Shown here piece after piece: positions 46,920 to 56,380 of a stretch of 64,000 nucleotides of DNA. The number at the start of each line of letters is the position of its first letter. The first letter of the stretch is position 1. The stretch covers positions 539,230 to 603,229 of the forward strand of contig NZ_JASJAP010000001.1 of assembly GCF_030066995.1 (NCBI RefSeq), read 5' to 3'. The translations under genes and the position numbers were made by a program. A model generated the notes under the pieces. The model ran no database searches and had not been told where the DNA came from. It saw nothing but the letters and a program-made list of their open reading frames with translations. Source of the stretch: Erythrobacter sp. Its GTDB lineage: Bacteria > Pseudomonadota > Alphaproteobacteria > Sphingomonadales > Sphingomonadaceae.

Positions 46920-48305
46920 ATGATCCGCCTGTTCAAGCACTATATCCCGCACGCCGTGCTGTTGCTCGGCCTGCTCGATTTGGCGCTGTTGGTGGTGGCC
47001 AGCGAACTCGCCTGGCAACTGCGCGCGGCGCAAATCGGTATGGATCCCGGCCCGCTCTCTGAACGCTGGATACCGCTAATCGGCTCAGCGCTGGTGGTGT
47101 GGCTTGCGATGATATCGGTTGGCGTTTACGGCCCGCTGGCCTTGCGCTCCTTGCGTTTTGCTGGGGCCCGCCTGCTGGTGGCGATCAGCCTCGGTATCAT
47201 CGCGCTTGCCTTCGTTGATTTTGTGCTGCCCGGCCAGACCTTCTGGCGCTCCACTCTTCTCTATGCGATGGCTTTCGCCGCGCTTGTTCTTGTGGCTGAT
47301 CGCTTGTTGCTAAACAGCGTGATTGGGTCGTCAGCCTTTCGCCGCCGCGTGCTGGTGCTGGGCGCAGGTGACCGGGCGCAGCGTCTTCGAGCGTTGGGCG
47401 ACCGGCCCGAGAGTGGGTTTGCCATCGTCTCTTACATTGCCATGAGCGAGCCTGAACGCGTGGTTGAAGAAGCTATCGCGCGCGACGCGATCCACGATCT
47501 TGGCCGTTTCGTTGAGAATCTTGGCGTGAGCGAGGTGGTCCTTGCCCTACAGGAGCGGCGCAACGCTCTCCCCCTGAAGGACCTGCTGCGCATCAAGACC
47601 AAGGGCGTGCACGTCAACGATTTCTCCAGCTTCCTCGAGCGCGAGACGGGCCGCGTCGACCTCGACACGGTCAATCCCAGTTGGCTGATCTTTTCGGATG
47701 GCTTTTCGAGCGGGCGGATGCTTTCAAGCGCCATCAAGCGAGTGTTTGACATTGCTGCCAGCGTCGTTCTGCTGACGCTGAGCGCGCCGGTCATTGCGCT
47801 TTTTGCTTTGCTCGTAAAGTTCGACAGCGAAGGTCCGGCGTTCTTCCGCCAGCAACGCGTGGGGTTGTACGGAGAGACATTCCATCTCGTAAAATTGCGC
47901 AGCATGCAGGCCGATGCTGAAAAAGATGGCGCGCAATGGGCCAGCGAAGACGATCCGCGCATCACTCGCATAGGACGTTTCATTCGCACACTTCGCATCG
48001 ACGAATTGCCGCAAACCTGGTGCGTTCTGATGGGACAGATGAGCTTTGTTGGCCCGCGTCCGGAAGTCCCCAAATTCGTTGATGACCTGCAGGAGGAGAT
48101 ACCCTTCTATGGCGAGCGTCACATGGTCAAACCGGGGATTACGGGCTGGGCCCAGATCAACTTTCCCTATGGCGCCTCGATTGAAGACAGCCGCAAGAAG
48201 CTCGAATACGATCTTTACTACGCCAAGAATTACACCCCGTTTCTCGACTTCGTAATCCTGTTGCAGACGGTGCGAGTCATCCTTTGGCCGGAAGGGGCGC
48301 GGTGA
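46920..48305 (+). CDS. exopolysaccharide polyprenyl glycosylphosphotransferase (EPS priming sugar transferase, WbaP/TIGR03025-like)
   Basis: N-terminal TM segments, and a C-terminal bacterial sugar transferase domain (FRQQRVG...LVKLRSM, DELPQ, GPRPE). Confidence 0.85.
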   Translation: MIRLFKHYIPHAVLLLGLLDLALLVVASELAWQLRAAQIGMDPGPLSERWIPLIGSALVVWLAMISVGVYGPLALRSLRFAGARLLVAISLGIIALAFVDFVLPGQTFWRSTLLYAMAFAALVLVADRLLLNSVIGSSAFRRRVLVLGAGDRAQRLRALGDRPESGFAIVSYIAMSEPERVVEEAIARDAIHDLGRFVENLGVSEVVLALQERRNALPLKDLLRIKTKGVHVNDFSSFLERETGRVDLDTVNPSWLIFSDGFSSGRMLSSAIKRVFDIAASVVLLTLSAPVIALFALLVKFDSEGPAFFRQQRVGLYGETFHLVKLRSMQADAEKDGAQWASEDDPRITRIGRFIRTLRIDELPQTWCVLMGQMSFVGPRPEVPKFVDDLQEEIPFYGERHMVKPGITGWAQINFPYGASIEDSRKKLEYDLYYAKNYTPFLDFVILLQTVRVILWPEGAR

Positions 48306-50446
48306 TGAGTGCGTTCTCGATCCTTGATCCCAGTCTTAGCGATTTTGCGACCTTCGTTTCCTACTTTTCGGGTGCTGTTCTGAGCGTTGGCGCAGGGCTC
48401 TGGATCGCGCGCTATGGTGAACGCGATCGGCCTGATCGCGTTGCATCGTTTATCGCCTGCGCATTTACGGCTGTCTGGTGCTCCCTGGCCGCTCTTCAGA
48501 ATTCGAGCGATCCCGCGACCATGCTTGCAGCGACCCTGCGCAACCTTTCTTACATTTTCCTGATTTTCAGAATGTTTGCCGCCGATGGCCGCGACGAGAG
48601 CCTGCGCCCCATTCGCCCGGTTCTGATTACGCTTGCTCTGGTGGAGCTATTCCAGCCGATCTTGCTGTTTGTCGATGGCCGAGTGGGGTTCGTGCCCCAA
48701 CTTGAAGCTTTGACCTTCGAGGTGTCGGTGATCCTTAACATGCTGGTAGCGGTGGGCGCTCTGATGCTGCTTCACAACCTCTATGCGAGCGCCGCTACGC
48801 CCGCTCGGGACGTTCTGCGGTGGGGCACCATCGGGCTAGCGTGCGTCTTTGCCTACGATCTCAACCTGTTCACCATCGCCTATCTCGATGGTGAACTCCC
48901 TTTCTTTCTCATGAGCCTTCGCGGCTTGTTTTGCGGGGTCATGGTCGGGCTTTTCGCCTTGGGCGCGAACGCTGCCAGCTCCGCCCTGCAGTTCAGGCCT
49001 AGCCGCGCGGTCACCTTCCAGACGCTCTCTCTTCTCGTGATCGGCGGCTACCTTGTGCTCATGGTGCTGGTAACCCGCTCGCTTGCGCTTCTGGGTGGTG
49101 ACATCGCTCGCGCGAGCCAAGTGGTCTTCCTGGTAATGGCCGTAGCGCTGGCGGTAATCGGGATGCCATCAAACCGAGTACGCCGATGGCTCCGGGTGAC
49201 CGCGACCAAACATCTCTTCCAGCACCGCTACGATTATCGCGAGGAATGGCTGCGCTTTACCCGCACGGTGGGTCGCGGTTCGAGCGGGAGTGCGAGCTTT
49301 CACGAACGCGCGATCAAGGCGATTGCCGACATCACCGACAGCCCGGGGGGTTTGCTGCTGATTTCGAACGAGGAGGCCCAGCTTGAGCTGACCCAGCGCT
49401 GGAACTGGCCGATGATCGAGGTTCCAGCCGCAAGGGGAGAATACGAGCTTTCGGCCCTTTTGGAGCGGCACAGCCACATTCTGGATCTTGATGAAGTGCG
49501 CGGTGGCATCGATCATCACGGTGAGCTGGACCAAGTCCCGCAATGGCTGATCGACGCGGAGGACGCCTGGGCGCTAGTGCCGCTTATTCATTTTGACAGG
49601 CTGATCGGCTGTATCGTGTTGGCGCGCCCGCGTATCACGCGCCGACTGGATTGGGAGGACTTTGACCTCTTGCGCGTCGTGGGTCAGCAGCTTGCGAGCT
49701 ATCTGGCCGAGCAGGCCGGACAACGCGCGCTAATGGATGCGAGCCGCTTCGACGAGTTCAACCGCCGGATGGCGTTCGTGATGCATGATATCAAGAACCT
49801 CGCCAGCCAACTCTCGCTGCTCGCGGCGAATGCGCAAAAGCACGCCGATAACCCGGAATTTCGTAAGGACATGCTGGTCACTCTTCAAAAGTCTTCGGAG
49901 AAGCTCAACGCGCTGCTCGCCCGCCTTGGGCGCTACGGCTCGGGGCCGGTGCAGACCATCTGTGAGGTGGATCTTTGGGCCATGGCCACGTCCCTTGAAC
50001 AGCGCTTTGCCGCGGCCCATCCTATCGCGGTAACATCAAGCGAGGGCGCGCTTGTTCTGGGGGACAAGGACGGTCTGGAACAGGCTCTCATTCACCTCGT
50101 TCAAAACGCGATTGATGCAAGTGAACCCGACGCGCCCATCCATATAACTGTCTCCAGCGATACGCTGCACGGTCGGCTTGAGATCGTCGACGCTGGATGT
50201 GGAATGTCGCCGGATTTTGTCAGCACAAGTCTATACAAGCCTTTCGTCTCGTCCAAGCAAGGCGGCTTTGGGATCGGCGCGTTCGAAGCGCGCGAGATGA
50301 TCAAGGCGATGGGCGGACGCTTGCAAGTTGAATCGCGCGAAGGCGTGGGAACGCGCTTCACTGTGTTGCTTCCTCTGCCCGAAGCCGCGCGCTTGTTCTC
50401 GCCCAAAGCCGACAGCAAGACCGAATCCTCCGAACAGGTGGCCTGA
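48305..50446 (+). CDS. prsK: PEP-CTERM system histidine kinase PrsK
   Basis: Multi-TM N-terminus, a GAF-like middle domain, an HisKA/HATPase C-terminus (HDIKN, DAGCGM). It is immediately followed by prsR. ATGA junction with the upstream gene. Confidence 0.8.
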   Translation: MSAFSILDPSLSDFATFVSYFSGAVLSVGAGLWIARYGERDRPDRVASFIACAFTAVWCSLAALQNSSDPATMLAATLRNLSYIFLIFRMFAADGRDESLRPIRPVLITLALVELFQPILLFVDGRVGFVPQLEALTFEVSVILNMLVAVGALMLLHNLYASAATPARDVLRWGTIGLACVFAYDLNLFTIAYLDGELPFFLMSLRGLFCGVMVGLFALGANAASSALQFRPSRAVTFQTLSLLVIGGYLVLMVLVTRSLALLGGDIARASQVVFLVMAVALAVIGMPSNRVRRWLRVTATKHLFQHRYDYREEWLRFTRTVGRGSSGSASFHERAIKAIADITDSPGGLLLISNEEAQLELTQRWNWPMIEVPAARGEYELSALLERHSHILDLDEVRGGIDHHGELDQVPQWLIDAEDAWALVPLIHFDRLIGCIVLARPRITRRLDWEDFDLLRVVGQQLASYLAEQAGQRALMDASRFDEFNRRMAFVMHDIKNLASQLSLLAANAQKHADNPEFRKDMLVTLQKSSEKLNALLARLGRYGSGPVQTICEVDLWAMATSLEQRFAAAHPIAVTSSEGALVLGDKDGLEQALIHLVQNAIDASEPDAPIHITVSSDTLHGRLEIVDAGCGMSPDFVSTSLYKPFVSSKQGGFGIGAFEAREMIKAMGGRLQVESREGVGTRFTVLLPLPEAARLFSPKADSKTESSEQVA

Positions 50447-51810
50447 TGACTGAAAAGAAACCCACGCTCCTTATTGTCGAAGATGACGAAGGCCTGCAGG
50501 CTCAGCTTAAATGGGCCTATGATGACTTTGAGGTGGTGATCGCGGGGGACCGCGACAGCGCGCTTGCCCTTCTGCGCAGCGAGACGCCGGCGGTCGTGAC
50601 GCTCGATCTCGGATTGCCGCCTGATCCAGACGGGACGACCGAGGGCTTTGCGGTGCTTGACGCGATCATGGAACTTAAGCCGGACACCAAGGTGATTGTT
50701 GCGAGCGGACATGGCGCGCGCGAAAGCGCGCTGCAGGCAATCGAGCGCGGTGCTTACGATTTCTACCAGAAGCCGCTGGACATTGAAGCGCTTGGCCTGA
50801 TCGTGCGCCGCGCGTTCAACCTCCATCAGATCGAGGCAGAGAACCGTCGCCTTTTAGCCAGCGCCGGTGAGGAAAAGACCGTGCTGGGTCGCCTGATTAC
50901 GGGCGCGCCGGAGATGGTCAAGGTGGCACGTACGATCGAGCGGGTGGCGTCGACCAACGTTTCGGTCATGCTTTTGGGTGCCAGCGGAACGGGTAAGGAA
51001 TTGCTCGCACAAGGGCTCCATGACGCCAGCGACCGCACCGTAGGCCCCTTCGTCGCGATCAACTGCGCCGCGATACCGGAAAACCTCCTTGAAAGCGAAC
51101 TGTTCGGTCACGAGAAGGGCGCGTTCACCGGCGCTGTGAAGACCACCGAGGGCAAGATCGAGAGCGCTAATGGTGGCACACTCTTCCTCGACGAGGTGGG
51201 CGATATTCCCTTGCCTTTGCAAGTCAAGCTGCTGCGCTTTCTTCAGGAGCGCACCATCGAGCGTATCGGGGGGCGTAAGACAATACCGGTCGATACGCGC
51301 ATTGTGTGCGCAACCCACCAGAATCTCGAGGCCATGATTGGCGAAGGCACGTTCCGGGAAGACCTGTTTTACCGCCTGGCCGAAATCGTCGTGCGCATTC
51401 CCAGCCTGGCCGAACGTCACGGCGACGCGATATTGCTCGCAAAGGCGTTTCTCAAGCGGTTTGCAAGCGAGATGAACCCAGCGGTGACTGGGTTTGCCCC
51501 CGACGCTTTGGCGGCAATCGACCGTCACGAATGGCCGGGCAACGTGCGTGAACTTGAAAACCGGGTAAAGCGCGCGGTCATCATGGCCGATGGCAAGCTC
51601 GTGCACGCCGAAGATCTCGACTTCGAGGATGACGAGGAGGATGAGAACGACGTCCTGAATCTCAAAGTGGCGCGCGAGCGCGCTGACCGACGCGTTATTC
51701 GGCACGCATTGGCCCGTAGCGAGGGCAATATCTCGAGCACCGCCAAGATGCTTGGGATTAGCCGCCCGACGCTTTACGACTTGCTCAAACAATACGATCT
51801 GCATGCCTGA
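50446..51810 (+). CDS. prsR: PEP-CTERM-box sigma-54-dependent response regulator PrsR
   Basis: A REC domain, an AAA+ sigma-54 activator core (GASGTGKE, GAFTGA), and a C-terminal Fis-type HTH. Confidence 0.85.
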   Translation: MTEKKPTLLIVEDDEGLQAQLKWAYDDFEVVIAGDRDSALALLRSETPAVVTLDLGLPPDPDGTTEGFAVLDAIMELKPDTKVIVASGHGARESALQAIERGAYDFYQKPLDIEALGLIVRRAFNLHQIEAENRRLLASAGEEKTVLGRLITGAPEMVKVARTIERVASTNVSVMLLGASGTGKELLAQGLHDASDRTVGPFVAINCAAIPENLLESELFGHEKGAFTGAVKTTEGKIESANGGTLFLDEVGDIPLPLQVKLLRFLQERTIERIGGRKTIPVDTRIVCATHQNLEAMIGEGTFREDLFYRLAEIVVRIPSLAERHGDAILLAKAFLKRFASEMNPAVTGFAPDALAAIDRHEWPGNVRELENRVKRAVIMADGKLVHAEDLDFEDDEEDENDVLNLKVARERADRRVIRHALARSEGNISSTAKMLGISRPTLYDLLKQYDLHA

Positions 51811-53281
51811 CGCCGCTGCGCGCCTTTGTGTTTTTCTAACCGCGTTGGCGCTGACGGCATGCGGTGCGGTGGAAGCGGCTCAGACAAATTTGCCAAAGAA
51901 GAGCTTCGAACGCGGCGAGGAGCCTGTCGAGGCCCTGATCATAAGGGCGCAGGAGGGCGACAGTGCGAAGGCTGCGCGTTTGCTTGATCGGGCGCTCGCG
52001 CGTGAACCACGCAATCCGGACGTGTGGGTCGCGATTGCGCGCATGCGCTATCGCAGCGGAGAGCAGCTAAGCGCGCTTGAAGCAGCGGATCACGCACTGG
52101 ACCTAGGACCGCGTCACGCACCGGCGTTGGTGTTGCGCGGGCAATTCGTACGCGACGCGTTTGGTCTAATCGACGCGCTGGTCTGGTTTGAATCCGCACT
52201 AGAAGCCGATCCACACAATCCGGACGCGCTCGCCGAATACGCCGCGACGTTGGGCGATGCCGGGTACAACGCTGAGATGCTCGCCGCAGCCCGTAGGCTA
52301 GCCGAGGTTGCGCCCGAGAATCCGCGTTCGCTGTTTCTGAAGTCGGTTCTTGCCGCGCGCGGTGGACAGCCGGTGCTTGCCAAGAGCCTGCTGGAGCGCA
52401 GCGGGCTTGCGGCTGAGGGCATACCGTCGGCCATGATGCTCGACGCGTTGATCGATTTGAATGAGCGCAACTACGCAAGCGCCTCGAAAACGCTTGAGGC
52501 TCTGGTGCAGAAGCAGCCTGCAAACAGGGAGGCCGCCGACCTGTTGGCGCGAGCGATGTGGCTGGGCGGTCGCGACGCCGAATTGGTGGCGCGTTTTGTC
52601 GATGCGGCGTCTGGCAAGGACGCTTCGCCCTATCTCCTCATGCTCGTCGGCCGCGCCTATGAACGTCAGGGCAATCGCGCGGCGGCTTCGGATTTCCTCG
52701 CACGGGCCTACGCCGGACGCCAAGACGGCTGGGTGTCCTTTGCGCCGAAGACAGGCTTGCCCGAAGCGACTGTACGGGTTCGCAAGCTGATCGGCCAAGG
52801 CCGCTTACGCGATGCGGTGCGTGAGACGGGACGACTTCACGGGAGATTTCCCAAGTCCAGCGACATTGCGGTCTTGTCCGGAGACGCGGCGCTGGCAGGT
52901 GATCAGCCCGAGCGCGCACTTGAGCTTTACCGCCGAGCCGCGCGCTTGCGGCGATCTTGGCCTCTCACGCTCAAAGCCGTCGCCGCCTATCGCGACTTGG
53001 GCGATACTATGGCTGCAGACGTTCTTCTGGCGCGGCATTTGCGCGGCGAACCGCAGAACGCGGAGGCCTTGATGGCTAACGCGCAGCAGGCCGCGCAAAA
53101 GGGGGATTGGCGGCGCGTTGAGGCGCTCCTGGATCACGCCATCAAGCGCGGCGCGAGCAATAATCCGCGCCTCCTTCAACTGCGCGCCGATGCGGCGCGG
53201 GCGCTTGCTAAAGACGCTGAAGCGGGACGCTTTGAGCGCCGGGCGTGGGAGCTTGACGCCGCGATCCCACCACGGAACTGA
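51803..53281 (+). CDS. prsT: PEP-CTERM system TPR-repeat lipoprotein PrsT
   Basis: Lipoprotein signal LTALALTAC, followed by many TPR repeats. Its position after prsK-prsR matches the TIGR02917 arrangement. Confidence 0.7.
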   Translation: MPDAAARLCVFLTALALTACGAVEAAQTNLPKKSFERGEEPVEALIIRAQEGDSAKAARLLDRALAREPRNPDVWVAIARMRYRSGEQLSALEAADHALDLGPRHAPALVLRGQFVRDAFGLIDALVWFESALEADPHNPDALAEYAATLGDAGYNAEMLAAARRLAEVAPENPRSLFLKSVLAARGGQPVLAKSLLERSGLAAEGIPSAMMLDALIDLNERNYASASKTLEALVQKQPANREAADLLARAMWLGGRDAELVARFVDAASGKDASPYLLMLVGRAYERQGNRAAASDFLARAYAGRQDGWVSFAPKTGLPEATVRVRKLIGQGRLRDAVRETGRLHGRFPKSSDIAVLSGDAALAGDQPERALELYRRAARLRRSWPLTLKAVAAYRDLGDTMAADVLLARHLRGEPQNAEALMANAQQAAQKGDWRRVEALLDHAIKRGASNNPRLLQLRADAARALAKDAEAGRFERRAWELDAAIPPRN

Positions 53282-53332
53282 CCAAGGTCAGACACTCGAC
53301 AAGCCGACCAACCGCAGGCAGGGGAGCGCGCC

Positions 53333-54298
53333 ATGCATGCGCGCCTCACACCTCTCGCAGATCCGATGATCGCGGTGCTTCTCATCGCAACCGCGCTCGC
53401 TTGGGTGGTGCCCGCGACCGGTGAAGCACGCGCCACCGCTCAGACGATCTCGAGCGCGGCCATCTTCTTCCTCTTTCTCGTGAATGGAATGCGCATCGCG
53501 CGCGGGGAGATCGGCAATGGGCTCGCCAATTGGCGCTTCTTCGCTCCTCTGTTCGTTTGGGTCTTTGGGGTGATGGCGTTGGCCGGTTGGGGCGTTGGGG
53601 TTCTCGCCGCATCAGTTTTGCCGCCGCTCGTAGCGCTTGGTTTTGTCTATCTGGGCGTCCTGCCGTCCACGATCCAGTCCGCAACTTCCTACACGACGCT
53701 TGCGAACGGTAACGCCGCGTTGTCAGTGGTGGGTGCGGCGCTCATCAACATCGCCGGCGTGTTTGTCTCCGCGCCGCTGTTCGCGGTTCTCAGCGGAGAA
53801 AGCGGCGCCAATATTGGTAGCGAGATGATCGTCCGGATCGGCTTGATCCTCGTGCTTCCCTTTCTTGTTGGTCAGGCGTTGCAGGGCTGGACGCGCGAGT
53901 GGATTGTCGCGCGCAGGTCGCAAGTCGTGTGGCTGGACCGGATCGTCATCGGGATTGCGGTTTACGTCGCTTTTTCCGGTGCGATTGAAGAGGGGCTTGC
54001 TCATCTTTTCACACTTGCCGATTGGGCGATTCTGCTCGGCTTGTGCGTTTTCATGCTGATGGTCGCGACCGCAGGCGCATGGATGCTAAGCGGTCTGCTC
54101 GGTTATCCGCGCGGCGACCGGATCGCCTTCTTGTTTGCTGGCGTGCAGAAGAGCGTTGCCGTTGGCGCTCCGCTTGCTGCAATCCTGTTTCCCGCGCAAG
54201 TGGCCGGTTTTGTGATCGCACCGCTACTGATTTACCACCTGATCCAACTGATCTGGGCCGCGCCGCTGGCGACTATGTTTGCGCGTTCTCAGGGGTAG
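53333..54298 (+). CDS. bile acid:sodium symporter (BASS/SBF) family transporter
   Basis: About 10 TM helices, and the conserved SBF fold. Confidence 0.65.
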   Translation: MHARLTPLADPMIAVLLIATALAWVVPATGEARATAQTISSAAIFFLFLVNGMRIARGEIGNGLANWRFFAPLFVWVFGVMALAGWGVGVLAASVLPPLVALGFVYLGVLPSTIQSATSYTTLANGNAALSVVGAALINIAGVFVSAPLFAVLSGESGANIGSEMIVRIGLILVLPFLVGQALQGWTREWIVARRSQVVWLDRIVIGIAVYVAFSGAIEEGLAHLFTLADWAILLGLCVFMLMVATAGAWMLSGLLGYPRGDRIAFLFAGVQKSVAVGAPLAAILFPAQVAGFVIAPLLIYHLIQLIWAAPLATMFARSQG

Positions 54299-55343
54299 CG
54301 GTTCGTTCCGAGCGATTGTGCCGGATCGACCAGGCAAGCGACAGCCCGATCAGCGTTGCGCCGATCAGTCCGGTGATGGTCTCGTTAATGTGATACTTGG
54401 CCGACACCAGCATGATCACGCCAAGCACAATTATCGCCCAGAACGCGCCGTGTTCGAGAAAGCGATATTGCGAGAGCGTGCCCGTCTTCACCAAATGCAC
54501 TGTCATCGAGCGCACGAACATCGCGCCGACCGACAGACCCAGGGCAATTACGATCATGTTGTTCGAAAGCGCGAAGGCCCCGACGACGCCGTCAAAGCTG
54601 AAACTCGCGTCGAGAACTTCAAGATAGAGAAATCCGCCAAGCCCTGAACGGACCATTTCGCCCGCCGCTTTCTTGCGCACCTCGCGCTGTTCGATAATCT
54701 CACCCAGCGCATGGACCCCGATATAGGTGAGCAGACCGAGGACACCCGCACCAAGGAAGGTCAGCGCATCATCGGGTTCCAGCAGCGTAGAGACGCCATA
54801 GACCAGTCCTAGAACCAGCGCGATTTCAAGCGCGGGGACGCTCGAGAAGCGCGCCGCGGATTCCTCGATCGCCTTGATCCAGTGAATGTCCTTCTCCTCG
54901 TCGAAGAAAAAGGTGAGGCCGACCATGGAGAGGAAAGCGCCGCCAAATCCGGCGATCCCGATATGCGCGGCCGAGACTATGCGTTCGTATTCCTCGGGAT
55001 CGCCCAGCGACAGCTCCACCGCCGCCCACGGCCCGATACTGGCCGCAATCGAGACAATCGCTATCGGAAATACGATCCGCATCCCGAACACCGCGATCAG
55101 GATCCCGATGGTGAGGAAGCGTTGTTGCCAAACAGGGTCCATTTCGCGCAAGACCGTGGCGTTGACGACCGCGTTGTCAAAGCTGAGCGATACTTCCAGG
55201 ATCGACAGCACGAAAACGATCCAGAGAACTGACATCGTGCCGCCAATGGTCCCGCTGCTCATCCAGCCATACCAGCCCGCAATGATGAGGCACACGGCGG
55301 TGAATAATAGCGAGAAGCTGTAGTAGCGCAGCAGTGTTTGCAT
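54273..55343 (-). CDS. DUF475 / TerC-related integral membrane protein
   Basis: Repeated SFDNAVVNA and SFSFDGVVGAFA motifs across a multi-TM topology. Confidence 0.6.
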   Translation of the reverse strand: MQTLLRYYSFSLLFTAVCLIIAGWYGWMSSGTIGGTMSVLWIVFVLSILEVSLSFDNAVVNATVLREMDPVWQQRFLTIGILIAVFGMRIVFPIAIVSIAASIGPWAAVELSLGDPEEYERIVSAAHIGIAGFGGAFLSMVGLTFFFDEEKDIHWIKAIEESAARFSSVPALEIALVLGLVYGVSTLLEPDDALTFLGAGVLGLLTYIGVHALGEIIEQREVRKKAAGEMVRSGLGGFLYLEVLDASFSFDGVVGAFALSNNMIVIALGLSVGAMFVRSMTVHLVKTGTLSQYRFLEHGAFWAIIVLGVIMLVSAKYHINETITGLIGATLIGLSLAWSIRHNRSERTATPENAQT

Positions 55344-55360
55344 TCTGGCTGGCCTCTGCC

Positions 55361-56233
55361 TCAGTTCTTGGGCTGGTAGGTCTGCGCTTCGCCGGGGAAT
55401 GCACGACTGCGCACCTCCCCTGCATAGGTTGCCACGGTCTTCTCGATCAATCCGGCGATATCTTCGTACTTCTTGACGAAGCGGGGCACGCGCTCAAACA
55501 TCCCCAGCATGTCTTCGGTGACGAGAACCTGACCGTCGCATTTGGCTGAGGCGCCGATTCCGATGGTTGGGCAGGACACCGTTTCGGTTGCGGCAATTGC
55601 GATGGGTTCGACCACGCCTTCAATCACGATGGCAAAGGCGCCCGCCTGATCGAGGGCCACAGCATCGCTCACGATCTTGCTGGCTTCCGCATCCGAACGG
55701 CCACGCGCCGCGTATCCGCCCAAAACGTTGACGGCCTGCGGTGTGAGGCCGACATGGCCCATAACGGGGATGCCGCGTGAGTTGAGAAAATCAATCGTGG
55801 GCGCCATCGCTTCGCCGCCCTCAAGCTTGACCGCCGCCGCACCGGTTTCCTTCAGGAGGAAGGCCGCGCTTTCGAACGCCTGTTCAGGCGAGCTTTCATA
55901 AGAGCCGAACGGCATGTCGACGACGACGACTGAATGATAGCTGCCGCGCACGACCGCCGCGCCATGATTGGCCATCATTTCCATCGTGACAGGAATGGTC
56001 GAGGGCAGCCCGTAAATGACCTGCCCAAGTGAATCCCCCACCAGCAGCAGATCACAGTGCGTATCGAGCAGCTGCGCCTGGCGCGCGGTGTAGGCAGTGA
56101 GCATCACCAGCGGATCGTCAGTCACGCCATCTTTTTTGCGCGCGCGGATCCGAGGTACCGTCAGTCGACGCAGTGGCTTTGGGGTGGGGTTGGCCCGGCT
56201 GGTGCTGGTGTCGAGTTGGAAGGTCGTGGACAT
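55361..56233 (-). CDS. panB: 3-methyl-2-oxobutanoate hydroxymethyltransferase
   Basis: Motifs MLTAYT, VGDSLG and GHVGLTPQ. The start is at MSTTFQ. Confidence 0.9.
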   Translation of the reverse strand: MSTTFQLDTSTSRANPTPKPLRRLTVPRIRARKKDGVTDDPLVMLTAYTARQAQLLDTHCDLLLVGDSLGQVIYGLPSTIPVTMEMMANHGAAVVRGSYHSVVVVDMPFGSYESSPEQAFESAAFLLKETGAAAVKLEGGEAMAPTIDFLNSRGIPVMGHVGLTPQAVNVLGGYAARGRSDAEASKIVSDAVALDQAGAFAIVIEGVVEPIAIAATETVSCPTIGIGASAKCDGQVLVTEDMLGMFERVPRFVKKYEDIAGLIEKTVATYAGEVRSRAFPGEAQTYQPKN

Positions 56234-56380
56234 GGAATGCGCGTTTAGCGGCGAGGCGGGGCAAAGGCAAAGCGCAACTCGGCGAATTGTCCCCTTGGCG
56301 CGGGCGCAGTTTCGTTGCACTAGGGTGACAGATCACATCAGAGCGCTCGGAAAAGCGCGGATACGGGGACAGTTCACTTC

